Positions 1 to 9,158 of a stretch of DNA of 64,000 nt are shown here, piece by piece. How positions within the stretch are numbered: position 1 is the first letter of the stretch; each line of letters opens with the position of its first letter. Under the pieces are notes generated by a model. The model was not told the DNA's origin. It searched no databases and saw only the letters and a program-made list of their open reading frames with translations. The DNA is taken from positions 16,416-80,415 of the IMG/VR virus record IMGVR_UViG_3300014204_006651; one strand, 5' to 3'. The stretch is from a virus (taxonomy: Duplodnaviria > Heunggongvirae > Uroviricota > Caudoviricetes). The translations under genes were made by a program, and so were the position numbers.

Positions 1-230
1 TTATTTAATTGATTTTAGAAATAAAAATATTTTTCCTAAAAATGCTATAATTGGTGATTTAGCAAAATTATATAATGATATAGTTAAAACTACACCAGAA
101 TCAAATACTGATCAATTTTTTAGAAATACTTTAGAAAAAAGTAAAAGGGAAAGAAAATTAAATCCGGGAACAACAAAACAAGAAAATCCAACAATTCCTT
201 ATAATAGAAAACCTTTTTTCAAAACTTAAA

Positions 231-239
231 GTATTTATA
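231..239 (+). promoter_or_regulatory. GTATTTATA promoter-like motif, 22 nt upstream of the ATG at 262
   Basis: One of about 15 instances of (G/C)TATTTAT(A/T/G) found 14-31 nt upstream of + strand start codons. Confidence 0.4.
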
Positions 240-261
240 AAAAAATATAAAATATTATAAA

Positions 262-936
262 ATGGCAAAAAATATTGATTTAAATAAAATTAAGGGTGAA
301 ATTGAAAGTCGTAAAAGAGAAAGAAATATGACACAATCATCATTTGGTGAGCAAGTTAATGCAGCTCCAAAAGATGTATTTTTAAATGGATTACTTGAAT
401 CTTTACAAACTGGTAGAGAAACTGCTGCATTAAATTTATTAAAAACTGTTGATAATAAAGCATCTATAAAAATTGGTGAAATACCTAAACACACAATAAA
501 TGAAACTTCTGTTCAACGAAGACCAATTCAAATGGAAGAAAAACAACATTCAGTTGAAATGTCACCGGAAAGGGATGAACAATTATTTCATGATATTGAA
601 AAAAAGAGAAAAAGTACTTTAGCTGAATCAATGGAAGGTTATATTAATCCTGCAGGACATAGACCCACACAAGTTCCTTTAAATGAGGGAACGTATCAAC
701 AACCAATGTTGAATGAAGTATATTTAGCTGAAAGTGTAAAACGAATGGTGAATAATCATTTGATTGAAAATTTAGGTCCTGTTCTTGAAGAATCAATTAA
801 AAGTACAATTATTGAAATGTATGCTGTTGAACGAATAAATGAAGTTCTTCGTGAAAATAAGGAATTTATTAAAACAGTCGTCATAGATACAATTAAAGAG
901 ATACAAGCAAGAAGCAAAGCAAAAGCGCAACAATAA
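262..936 (+). CDS. hypothetical protein
   Basis: 224-aa ORF with an ATG start after the motif and a terminator hairpin overlapping its stop. No recognisable motifs. Confidence 0.55.
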   Translation: MAKNIDLNKIKGEIESRKRERNMTQSSFGEQVNAAPKDVFLNGLLESLQTGRETAALNLLKTVDNKASIKIGEIPKHTINETSVQRRPIQMEEKQHSVEMSPERDEQLFHDIEKKRKSTLAESMEGYINPAGHRPTQVPLNEGTYQQPMLNEVYLAESVKRMVNNHLIENLGPVLEESIKSTIIEMYAVERINEVLRENKEFIKTVVIDTIKEIQARSKAKAQQ

Positions 937-950
937 ATTGCGTTTTTTTT
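924..950 (+). terminator. rho-independent terminator
   Basis: CGCAA-CAATAAA-TTGCG hairpin (stems 926-930 and 938-942) followed by a T8 run at 943-950. Confidence 0.5.
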
Positions 951-1005
951 ATTAATATTTCATTATTAAGTTTGTATTTATGTGTATACTATAAAAATTC
1001 CAAGT

Positions 1006-2868
1006 ATGACATATAATGATTTTTTAAAATTTTTAAATGAATTTAATAAAATTAATACTTTTATTGGTAAGATTGATTATGCAAATAGAAATCTAAATAG
1101 GATTGCTTCAGGTACTGGAAGAATTGTATATGATATTGATGGTAATAAAGTATTTAAATTAGCTAAAAACACAAAAGGTATTTCACAAAATGATGCAGAA
1201 TCATCTGCTGCAGTATATAAAAGTTATGACGATATATTAACCGATGTTATTGAATATGCTGATGATGATTCTTGGTTAATAGCTGAAAAAGCAAAAAAAA
1301 TCACATCATTAAGATTTAAAGAATTAATTGGTTATGATATTAATCAGTTTTATGCTTATTTAGCAAATGATGATTTAGAAATAAATGGATATCCTAAACG
1401 ATATAAAATCGATCCTACTATTGAGGCACAAATGCATGATGATGAACAAATACAAAGATTTAGAAATTTTATAATTGATTATGATATTAATGTTGGTGAT
1501 TTTGGACGAATAAGTTCATATGGTGAAATTGTACGTGAAGGTATACCTACTTTAGTATTAACTGATTATGGATTAACTAAAGATAATTATAATACTCATT
1601 ATACTTCAACAAAAAATAAAAGTTATGTGTTACATGAATTATTTTTTGGTGATGGTAATGATGATATTCTTTCTGATATAGGGGGTAGTGAAGAAATTAG
1701 AATGGGAAATGCAACAATACCATTAAATTATGTTAGTGAAGACGGTAGTTCGAATTTTTCAACTGATAATACTTTAGGTCGAGATAATTTTCCAATATAT
1801 AATCAGATTGATACTTCACCATCAATCAATAATGATTCCGAGGCAAATAGTGAAATTGATGAAGATTTAGAATATAATCATGCCAGTGATGCAACAAAAG
1901 ATCAATATAGTATTACAGAACGTATAGTGTCAGCAATGCCGGGAAGTAGTAGTGTTGAAGTTAAAAAGAAATGTAGATTAGCAGGTAATGGTAATACAAG
2001 TACTGCATGTAATCAAGGAGATATAAAAAATTTAAATATTAAATCACTTAAAGAAACTGTTAATATTAATTTACCCAATGGTGAAATTGATGGGTTTCAA
2101 TCATTTGATATTATTAATAATAATCAAGTTATTGGTGAAATTGATATAATTAATCGTGATAATGGTTATATAATTCTTGATAAAATTTTTATTCATAAAA
2201 ATTATAGGGGTAAGGGTTATGCCAATGAAGTAATACAAATTTTATTTAAATATGCCGATAAATTTAATAAAATTATTACCTTAACCCCGGATAATATTTG
2301 GGGAGCAAATATGAATAAATTAAAAAGATGGTATCAATCTTTAGGTTTCACGATGAACAAAGGTAGAAATAAAGATTTTACAACAATGCAACTAATGTAT
2401 AGATTACCAAAAACATTAAATGAGGGATTTAATGGGAATTCTTTTGATAGTTGGTTTAGTGGTTCACAAGTAGTAGATAATGATGATAAACCTTTGGTTG
2501 TTTATCATGGCACAAATAAGAAATTTGATAGATTTAATTTAAAAAATGCAGCACAACCAATAATATGGTTTTCTTCGGATAAAAATAAAATAGAACGAGG
2601 TGAAGCAGGTGCTGCCGGAACAAGCAGAATTGTTCCAGCTTATTTATCAATAAAGAAAATGGCTGGCTGGAATGAATATGAAAAATATGGGTTGGGTCAA
2701 CTTTATGAAATGGGATATGATGGGGCAAAACTTGATGATGATTATTTTGTATTTAGTTCAAAACAAATAAAAATATTGAAAAATAAGAATAGTATTAATG
2801 TTACAAACTTAATGGATGAAATTAATAAAAATATAAATGAGGCAAGAAAATTAATGAATGTTAAATAA
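1006..2868 (+). CDS. multidomain enzyme with a protein-kinase-like N-domain, a central GNAT acetyltransferase and a C-terminal Tpt1/KptA-like ART-fold domain
   Basis: Kinase-like: GTGRIVYDIDGNKVFKLAK (Gly loop plus Lys) and IIDYDINVGDFGRIS (catalytic loop plus DFG). GNAT-like: IHKNYRGKGYANEV. Tpt1-like: VVYHGTNKKF ... IWFSSD, comparable to KptA LYHGT ... VHLSAD. The start is taken at the internal ATG because the track start at 982 overlaps the promoter motif. Confidence 0.5.
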   Translation: MTYNDFLKFLNEFNKINTFIGKIDYANRNLNRIASGTGRIVYDIDGNKVFKLAKNTKGISQNDAESSAAVYKSYDDILTDVIEYADDDSWLIAEKAKKITSLRFKELIGYDINQFYAYLANDDLEINGYPKRYKIDPTIEAQMHDDEQIQRFRNFIIDYDINVGDFGRISSYGEIVREGIPTLVLTDYGLTKDNYNTHYTSTKNKSYVLHELFFGDGNDDILSDIGGSEEIRMGNATIPLNYVSEDGSSNFSTDNTLGRDNFPIYNQIDTSPSINNDSEANSEIDEDLEYNHASDATKDQYSITERIVSAMPGSSSVEVKKKCRLAGNGNTSTACNQGDIKNLNIKSLKETVNINLPNGEIDGFQSFDIINNNQVIGEIDIINRDNGYIILDKIFIHKNYRGKGYANEVIQILFKYADKFNKIITLTPDNIWGANMNKLKRWYQSLGFTMNKGRNKDFTTMQLMYRLPKTLNEGFNGNSFDSWFSGSQVVDNDDKPLVVYHGTNKKFDRFNLKNAAQPIIWFSSDKNKIERGEAGAAGTSRIVPAYLSIKKMAGWNEYEKYGLGQLYEMGYDGAKLDDDYFVFSSKQIKILKNKNSINVTNLMDEINKNINEARKLMNVK

Positions 2869-2917
2869 TTAATGACCCTTTCCGTATCTTTTGTGGGTTT
2901 CCATACTATTTATTGTT

Positions 2918-3748
2918 ATGAGAAATAATTGGAGTGATATTGAAATTAATATACTTAAAATATATTATCCAAATACTAATGATATTAACATTGTTAAATA
3001 TTTTAATGGAAGAACGTTAACATCAATTAAAATTAAAGCAAAAAGATTGAAAATTTATCGTAATGATAAAATTAAAAAATGTAATCGTAGTAATGGTAGC
3101 GTTGGTATTAAAAATGGTATGTATGGAAAATCTTCTAAATTAAAAGGTAAAACATATGATGAATATTATGGTAATGAAAAATCCAAAATAATTAAAGATA
3201 AATTATCTAATAATAATATTGGTAAAATTGGTTCATTTGGTAGTAAAAATGGTATGTATAAAAAAATACCGTATAATAAAGGTATTTCACCAAGTAATGA
3301 AATTAAAAATAAAATAAAAAGTGGTATTAATAATTATTGGAATAATTTAAATAAATTTGAATTAAAAAAAAGAAAAGATAAATTAAGGGAAGATTGGATC
3401 ATAAAAAGAAAGAAATATTCTGAGATTGATACAATACCTGAAATAATAACTGAAAATATTTTATTAAAATTAAAAATTAAATATCAAAAAAAAATAAATA
3501 TTGGATATTATAATTGTGATTTTGTAGTCAATAATATTATTATTGAAGTACAAGGAGATTATTGGCATGGTAATCCAAAATTTTATAATTCATTTGATAA
3601 AATACAAGAAAAAAATATTAATAGAGATAAAAGAAAATTAAAATTCTTACAATCAAAGGGATATTTGACATTATATTTATGGGAAAATGATTTAAAACAT
3701 AATGTTGATTATTGTGAAAACCAACTAATAAAACATTTTTATGAGTAA
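2918..3748 (+). CDS. freestanding homing-endonuclease-like protein with a Vsr/DUF559-type PD-(D/E)XK C-domain and NUMOD-like repeats
   Basis: C-terminal NCDFVVNNIIIEVQGDYWHGN resembles the Vsr core FVDGCFWHG. Two KNGMYGK/KNGMYKK repeats resemble NUMOD3. The track start at 2891 is a TTG; the ATG at 2918 is preferred. Confidence 0.5.
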   Translation: MRNNWSDIEINILKIYYPNTNDINIVKYFNGRTLTSIKIKAKRLKIYRNDKIKKCNRSNGSVGIKNGMYGKSSKLKGKTYDEYYGNEKSKIIKDKLSNNNIGKIGSFGSKNGMYKKIPYNKGISPSNEIKNKIKSGINNYWNNLNKFELKKRKDKLREDWIIKRKKYSEIDTIPEIITENILLKLKIKYQKKINIGYYNCDFVVNNIIIEVQGDYWHGNPKFYNSFDKIQEKNINRDKRKLKFLQSKGYLTLYLWENDLKHNVDYCENQLIKHFYE

Positions 3749-5897
3749 AATAGAAAATTTTAGAAATGTGTTAATAAATAAACCATTTATTAAATCAATA
3801 ATTAATGATTTGAGAGGTGAATGTTATGCTGTAGGGGGGGTTGTTCGTGATTTAATACTAAATAAACCAAATAAAGATATTGATTTAGTTATTAGAAATG
3901 TTCCGATTGATAAACTAATTTTACAATTACAAAAATTTGGTAAGGTTGATGTCGTTGGTAAATCATTTGGTGTTATTAAATTTATTGATTCTGATGGTAT
4001 TGAATATGATTTAGCACTTCCAAGAACAGAAAAAAAAAATAATTTGGGGGGATATAGGGGATTTAATGTTCAAAGTGATCCAAATTTATCTGTTGATGAC
4101 GAACTTTTCAGAAGAGATGCAAAATTAAATGCTATGGCAATTAATTTAAATACTGGTAAATTTATTGATCCTTTGGGTGGATTAGAAGATATTGAAAAAA
4201 AACAAATATCTGCTGCAAATCCGGAAGCATTTAGTGATGATCCATTACGTATGTTAAGAATGGTTGGTTTTGCATCACGTTTTGGTTTTACAATTGAACC
4301 AAAAACAATGCAATTAATACAACAGAATGCTCAAAGAATAAAAGAAATTCCCCCGGAAAGGATTTTAACTGAATTTGAGAAAATAGTTAAAAAAGGAAAT
4401 AAAAGAGTTGGTGCACAATTACTTAAAAATACGGGATTATATAATCAAATTTTTGGTTCTGATTTAAAGCAATCTGTAATAGATAGGAGTCCATTTGAAG
4501 ATATTAAAACAATGGGTGAATTTATTTATTTATTAATACGGTTAAAATCAGACCCTGCAACATTTTATAAAAATAATTTAAAGGGTGATATTGACACATT
4601 TAAAGAAATTAAAGCAATTGATATTGCATATAATAGTAGTGAAAATTCCAATTCAATTAAAGCAAAAGCGGTTGCACACAATATGTATGCGTTATCTCCG
4701 CAATCACTTCAAAGTAAAATATTACCAAATATTATTGAAATTGCAGCACAGGAATTGCTTACTGGTAAATATCCTAAAATACTTGGTGATTTAGCAATAA
4801 ATGGTAATGATTTAACTGAAATAGGTTTTAAAAGTAAAGAAATTGGAAATATGCTTAAATCATTATTATTAAATATATATGCCGATAAAATTAAAAATAA
4901 TAAAGAAGAACTTTTAAATTTTGCTGAACAAAATAAATCAAGAAGTGGTGAAGTATTTGATGGAATAGCTGTTTATAGTGGTGTAATACTTGATGAAGAA
5001 TCAAGACAAAAATTAATTAAGGTTTTTAGTAGAATGATACCTAAAGATTGGGAAATAATTACACACCATATGACAATTAAAACTGGTAGACTTGATCCAG
5101 ATTCTAATGAAAAAAAGGATATTGAAAACAATAAAACAGTTGAATTAAGTGTTCTTGATTATGCAATGGATGATAAAGTAATGGCGGTTGGGGTTAAAGG
5201 TTATCCAAGTCAAAATACGAAACCACACATAACTTTGGGAGTTAATAGAAATGATGATGGTAAACCAGCAATGTCAAATAATTTAACTAATTGGAAACCA
5301 CTTGGTTTTCCATTAAAATTAACTGGAAAAGTTCGAGAAATTGAAGAAGAAATTAAAAATGTAAATGTTATTAACGAAAACGATAACATAAAAATTGAAT
5401 ATGGCTCATTAATGTTAAATTTAAATATTCCTAATTGGATTAGAATAACTTCAATTATTAATAAAAATGATATTTATAATGAAGAAGGTTTTGGAATTGA
5501 AAACGAACCACATTTAACAATTTTATATGGTTTTCATAATAATGTTACTGCGAATGATGTTTTTGATTTATATAAATCAGTAACTAAACTAAAACCAATT
5601 AAAATAATAACAACAGGTATTTCAAGTTTTGAAAATAATGAGTTTGATGTTGTAAAATTAGATGTTGAAGTTACTAATTTTTTAAAATTATTAAATAAAA
5701 ATATGAGGGAATTTCCAAACACTAATGAATTTAATGAATATAATCCACATGTTACAATTAGTTATGTAAAAAAGGGTTGTGGGAAAAAATATAATAAAGT
5801 ATTTAAAAATAAAATAAATTTAATTGGTGATGAATTAGTTTTTTCAACAAAAAAAAATAAACAAAAAAAAATAAAATTGAATAAAGAAAAGGAATAA
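3741..5897 (+). CDS. class II nucleotidyltransferase (CCA-adding enzyme/poly(A) polymerase head domain) fused to a C-terminal 2H phosphoesterase (LigT/CPDase-like)
   Basis: The head-domain motifs are all present: GGVVRD, DIDLV, FRRDAKLNAMA (RRD motif), IDPLGGLEDI and DPLRMLRMVGFASRFGF. The C-terminus has three H-x-T-x motifs (PHITLG, PHLTILYG, PHVTISY), typical of 2H phosphoesterases. The start overlaps the upstream stop (ATGAGTAA). Confidence 0.8.
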   Translation: MSKIENFRNVLINKPFIKSIINDLRGECYAVGGVVRDLILNKPNKDIDLVIRNVPIDKLILQLQKFGKVDVVGKSFGVIKFIDSDGIEYDLALPRTEKKNNLGGYRGFNVQSDPNLSVDDELFRRDAKLNAMAINLNTGKFIDPLGGLEDIEKKQISAANPEAFSDDPLRMLRMVGFASRFGFTIEPKTMQLIQQNAQRIKEIPPERILTEFEKIVKKGNKRVGAQLLKNTGLYNQIFGSDLKQSVIDRSPFEDIKTMGEFIYLLIRLKSDPATFYKNNLKGDIDTFKEIKAIDIAYNSSENSNSIKAKAVAHNMYALSPQSLQSKILPNIIEIAAQELLTGKYPKILGDLAINGNDLTEIGFKSKEIGNMLKSLLLNIYADKIKNNKEELLNFAEQNKSRSGEVFDGIAVYSGVILDEESRQKLIKVFSRMIPKDWEIITHHMTIKTGRLDPDSNEKKDIENNKTVELSVLDYAMDDKVMAVGVKGYPSQNTKPHITLGVNRNDDGKPAMSNNLTNWKPLGFPLKLTGKVREIEEEIKNVNVINENDNIKIEYGSLMLNLNIPNWIRITSIINKNDIYNEEGFGIENEPHLTILYGFHNNVTANDVFDLYKSVTKLKPIKIITTGISSFENNEFDVVKLDVEVTNFLKLLNKNMREFPNTNEFNEYNPHVTISYVKKGCGKKYNKVFKNKINLIGDELVFSTKKNKQKKIKLNKEKE

Positions 5898-5909
5898 AAA
5901 ATTATAATA

Positions 5910-6806
5910 ATGAGATTAGTTGCTTTCGACTTTGATAAAACATTAATTAATTCTCCTTTGGAAGATGAAGGTAAAGAAATATGGCTTGAAAAAACCGGAA
6001 ATTCATATCCATATAAAGGATGGTGGGGAAGACCTGAAAGTTTAGACATTAATGTTTTTAATATTAAACCATTTCCAAGCATATATAAACAATATAAAAA
6101 GGAAATTTCTACACCAGATACTTATGTAATCATTCTTACATCAAGAATAGAAAAATTACGACCACAAATTGAAGCAATTTTAAATAAAAATGATATACAT
6201 GTCAATGAAATTGATATGTTTAATGATAAATTAACAAAAGGTCAAAGAATTCTTGAATATCTTAAAAAATTTCCAGATTTAATTGAGATTAATGTATATG
6301 AAGATCGTCAAAGTGATATAGTTGCTTTAAAAAGTATTAGAAATCAAATTCCAGAAAATATTACATATAATATTTATTATGCAAGTAATGGTAATTTAGT
6401 ATTATTAGAATCAACTTCTAAAATAAATAATATTGTTAAAGAAGAAATTGAAAAATTTATAAATAACGATAATTATATATATCATGGTACACATATCGGT
6501 GCAGGTTTTCATATACAACGTGATGGTAAAATGAAATTATTTAATGAACCATATATTTCGTTTACCAGTGATCCAAATGTTGCAAAATATTATGCTAATA
6601 TGAAAGGCGGTTCTTCTGGAAGAAATATTATTTTAAGAACAAACTTAACTAAGGATTTTCAAGAATCTCCAAAATATGAAAAAAATAATGGACATGAATG
6701 GATAACTACAAAAGAAATACCTGTTGATGAATTGGAAATAAATAGTAAATATGGTTGGATTCCATTAAATAATTGGGATTTTATTGACAATAATATTAAA
6801 AAATAA
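5910..6806 (+). CDS. HAD-family phosphatase fused to a Tpt1/KptA-like (ART-fold) domain
   Basis: HAD motif I is FDFDKTL, motif II is ILTSR and motif IV is EDRQSD. The C-terminal YIYHGTH ... ISFTSDPNVAKYYANMKGG aligns with KptA LYHGT ... [18 protein letters not shown]. Confidence 0.55.
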   Translation: MRLVAFDFDKTLINSPLEDEGKEIWLEKTGNSYPYKGWWGRPESLDINVFNIKPFPSIYKQYKKEISTPDTYVIILTSRIEKLRPQIEAILNKNDIHVNEIDMFNDKLTKGQRILEYLKKFPDLIEINVYEDRQSDIVALKSIRNQIPENITYNIYYASNGNLVLLESTSKINNIVKEEIEKFINNDNYIYHGTHIGAGFHIQRDGKMKLFNEPYISFTSDPNVAKYYANMKGGSSGRNIILRTNLTKDFQESPKYEKNNGHEWITTKEIPVDELEINSKYGWIPLNNWDFIDNNIKK

Positions 6807-6835
6807 AATATTAGTATTTATAGAAAAATATTCCA

Positions 6836-7666
6836 ATGATAGATATGAGATATAAACCACGTTTTTTGCCACAAGTTAGTGCACCATATACAATCATGTT
6901 GCAAAAACTTGATGATGATGGTGTGGATTATGATATCGTTGAAATTGATCCAAACGAATTAGAACCATTACAAGGAATTACTTTTTCGGATGAAGTTGAA
7001 AATGTAAATCTTAATGATATGAATCCAATTTGGATGTCAAACAATAATAAAGTTCTTGATGGTCATCATAGAATGGTTCGTGGATTACTTGATAATAAAA
7101 AATTAAAAGCAATTCGAATTAATTTAAACGAAAAAGATGCTGCCAGAGTTTTAAATAAAATCCATGATATTTATGAGTATGAACAAGCACATGGGATGGA
7201 AGAAACTACTAATGATGAAGTAATTAATGATGAAAATCAGGCAAGTGCGGGTGTAAGTCAAAGCGAATTTCTTGCTTCACTTGAAGAAGATAATATGACA
7301 ATTCAACAAGAAAAATCTGAAGGAAATGAAAAAACAATTATAGCCTATCGAAAAGAACCGATAAAGAAAAATTCAGTTGTTGGTAATTTTTTTACATTAA
7401 ATCCAATTGATGGTTTTACTAAATATCAAATAGATTTTGATAATTTATTAGATACAAATGAATTGGGTGTAACATATAAAGATGGTCAACAACCAGTAGA
7501 TATTTTAGCTAAAATATGGTTTCCACACATAAATTTTGAAAAAATAAGTAGTCAATATAATACCGATTCAAATAATATTAAAAGTAAAGCTATTGCTGAA
7601 AAAGCAATGAAACTTGGTTATGATGGTGTTAAATATGGCGATAAAATAATACAAGGATTAAAATAA
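6836..7666 (+). CDS. ParB/Srx-like nuclease domain protein
   Basis: N-terminal VLDGHHRMVRGL matches the ParBc DGHHR signature. The C-terminal LGYDGVKYGD motif is shared with the C-terminus of ORF 1006 (MGYDGAKLDDD). A promoter motif lies at 6814-6822. Confidence 0.5.
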   Translation: MIDMRYKPRFLPQVSAPYTIMLQKLDDDGVDYDIVEIDPNELEPLQGITFSDEVENVNLNDMNPIWMSNNNKVLDGHHRMVRGLLDNKKLKAIRINLNEKDAARVLNKIHDIYEYEQAHGMEETTNDEVINDENQASAGVSQSEFLASLEEDNMTIQQEKSEGNEKTIIAYRKEPIKKNSVVGNFFTLNPIDGFTKYQIDFDNLLDTNELGVTYKDGQQPVDILAKIWFPHINFEKISSQYNTDSNNIKSKAIAEKAMKLGYDGVKYGDKIIQGLK

Positions 7667-7674
7667 TTAAAGAT

Positions 7675-8007
7675 ATGAGTACATATAGAATTACAAATAT
7701 AACTAATCTTGCCGGAAAACGTGATTTTAAATATAATTCAGTTTTGGATATTAATTATGTTGATGGTATGATGAAAAAAATTAAGAAAGTTAAACCGGGA
7801 GATACAATGTTTTTAACCGTTTCAACGCTACCACTTTCAATTCATAGATTAAGGGTTAAAGGTTTAATTACTGTAATTGAAGTGGGATCGAAAGAATTGG
7901 ATAATGAATTGATTGGAAAAAATTTTTCAATTCCAACAAAAAATGAAGAAGTTCTTGAACAAAAATCCGAAACAAAAAAACATATTAAAAAAAAGGTAAT
8001 TAAATAA
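7675..8007 (+). CDS. hypothetical protein
   Basis: 110-aa ORF followed by a strong terminator. Confidence 0.45.
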   Translation: MSTYRITNITNLAGKRDFKYNSVLDINYVDGMMKKIKKVKPGDTMFLTVSTLPLSIHRLRVKGLITVIEVGSKELDNELIGKNFSIPTKNEEVLEQKSETKKHIKKKVIK

Positions 8008-8026
8008 GAGTAACATAATTTTTTAT

Positions 8027-8060
8027 AAAAAATGTCAACTAAATGTTGACATTTTTTATT
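8027..8060 (+). terminator. rho-independent terminator
   Basis: AAAAAATGTCAAC-TAAA-TGTTGACATTTTTT: a perfect 9-bp stem followed by a T-run. Confidence 0.6.
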
Positions 8061-8129
8061 TTCAATAGATAAAAATAATATAATTTTTTAAAAAACCTTT
8101 TATCTTTTGTGTTTTTCATTTACTTTTAT

Positions 8130-8138
8130 GTATTTATA
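8130..8138 (+). promoter_or_regulatory. GTATTTATA promoter-like motif upstream of the LAGLIDADG gene
   Basis: One instance of the recurrent motif, 31 nt before the ATG at 8170. Confidence 0.4.
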
Positions 8139-8169
8139 ATTAATTACAAAAAAATATAATATTTTATAA

Positions 8170-9156
8170 ATGGTAAATGAATTAGATATTATTGATGATT
8201 TTAAAAATGGATTTAACATTTCTGCATTGGAATCAAAATATGGTGGAAGAAGAAAAACATTACGTAAGATATTATTTAAAAATAATTTAATTGATTCGAT
8301 TGAACCAGTTAGAAAATGTTATTTTAATGGTGGCAATAAAGACGATATTAAAAATAAAGTATTAATAAAATATAAAAATGAAAAAAATCTAAAAATTTTA
8401 AGTGATGAATTTAAAATACCCATAATGTCAATATACAATTTTTTAAGAAAAGAGGATGTTTTTAATTCTGAATATGGAAAACAATTACATCATAATAAAG
8501 TAAGAAAATATTCATTAAATGAACAATATTTTGACAATATTGATTGTGAAGAAAAAGCATATTTTTGGGGAATTTTATATGCTGATGGCAATAATTCAAT
8601 AAAAAAAACTGAAATAAAATTAAATCTACAAGAAGATGATCATGAAATATTAATTAAATTAAATAATTTATTACAACCAACAAAACCAATCTTATATAAA
8701 CCAACAAATAGAATCAATTGCAAATCACAATATGCGTTAATTATTAATTCTAAGATTATATCATATAGATTAAATGAATTAGGTATCGTACCAAATAAAA
8801 CATTTAAAGTAGAATATCCTACATGGTTAAATAATGATTTAAATAGACATTTTATTAGAGGATATTTTGATGGTGATGGTTGCGTTACATTTAATAAAAT
8901 TAATAAACAATTATGTATTAGTTTTACTGGAACTGAAAATATGATGTTAGGTATACAAAGAATCTTGATGGATCAATTAGATTTTTATAAAACAAAATTA
9001 AGTAATAGATATCCAGAAAGAAATAACAACATTAGGTCATTAATGTATTTTGGTAATGGAAATTCCAGAAAATTTTATAATTATTTATATAATAATTCTA
9101 AAATATATATGGCAAGAAAGAAAAATAAATTTAATAAACATTTAAAATTAAATTAA
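8170..9156 (+). CDS. freestanding LAGLIDADG homing endonuclease
   Basis: Two LAGLIDADG-type motifs: AYFWGILYADGNN and IRGYFDGDGCVTF. It sits immediately upstream of the intein-containing gene. Confidence 0.7.
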   Translation: MVNELDIIDDFKNGFNISALESKYGGRRKTLRKILFKNNLIDSIEPVRKCYFNGGNKDDIKNKVLIKYKNEKNLKILSDEFKIPIMSIYNFLRKEDVFNSEYGKQLHHNKVRKYSLNEQYFDNIDCEEKAYFWGILYADGNNSIKKTEIKLNLQEDDHEILIKLNNLLQPTKPILYKPTNRINCKSQYALIINSKIISYRLNELGIVPNKTFKVEYPTWLNNDLNRHFIRGYFDGDGCVTFNKINKQLCISFTGTENMMLGIQRILMDQLDFYKTKLSNRYPERNNNIRSLMYFGNGNSRKFYNYLYNNSKIYMARKKNKFNKHLKLN

Positions 9157-9158
9157 AT

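Noticed and set aside
255-494. Antisense ORFs in the six-frame track, for example 255-494 (-), 2534-2728 (-), 4585-4794 (+), 10003-10227 (-), 16124-16348 (-), 24928-25143 (-), 25920-26108 (-), 46680-47093 and 48518-48852 (-).
   Set aside because: They lie entirely inside longer, motif-bearing ORFs on the opposite strand or another frame. They have low-complexity, Ile/Phe/Leu-rich translations typical of shadow ORFs in AT-rich DNA.
982-1005. Longer N-terminal extensions proposed by the ORF track at 982, 2891 (TTG), 35482, 38199 (TTG), 49646 and 61448.
   Set aside because: The extensions overlap promoter motifs or terminator hairpins, and internal ATGs give proteins of canonical length.
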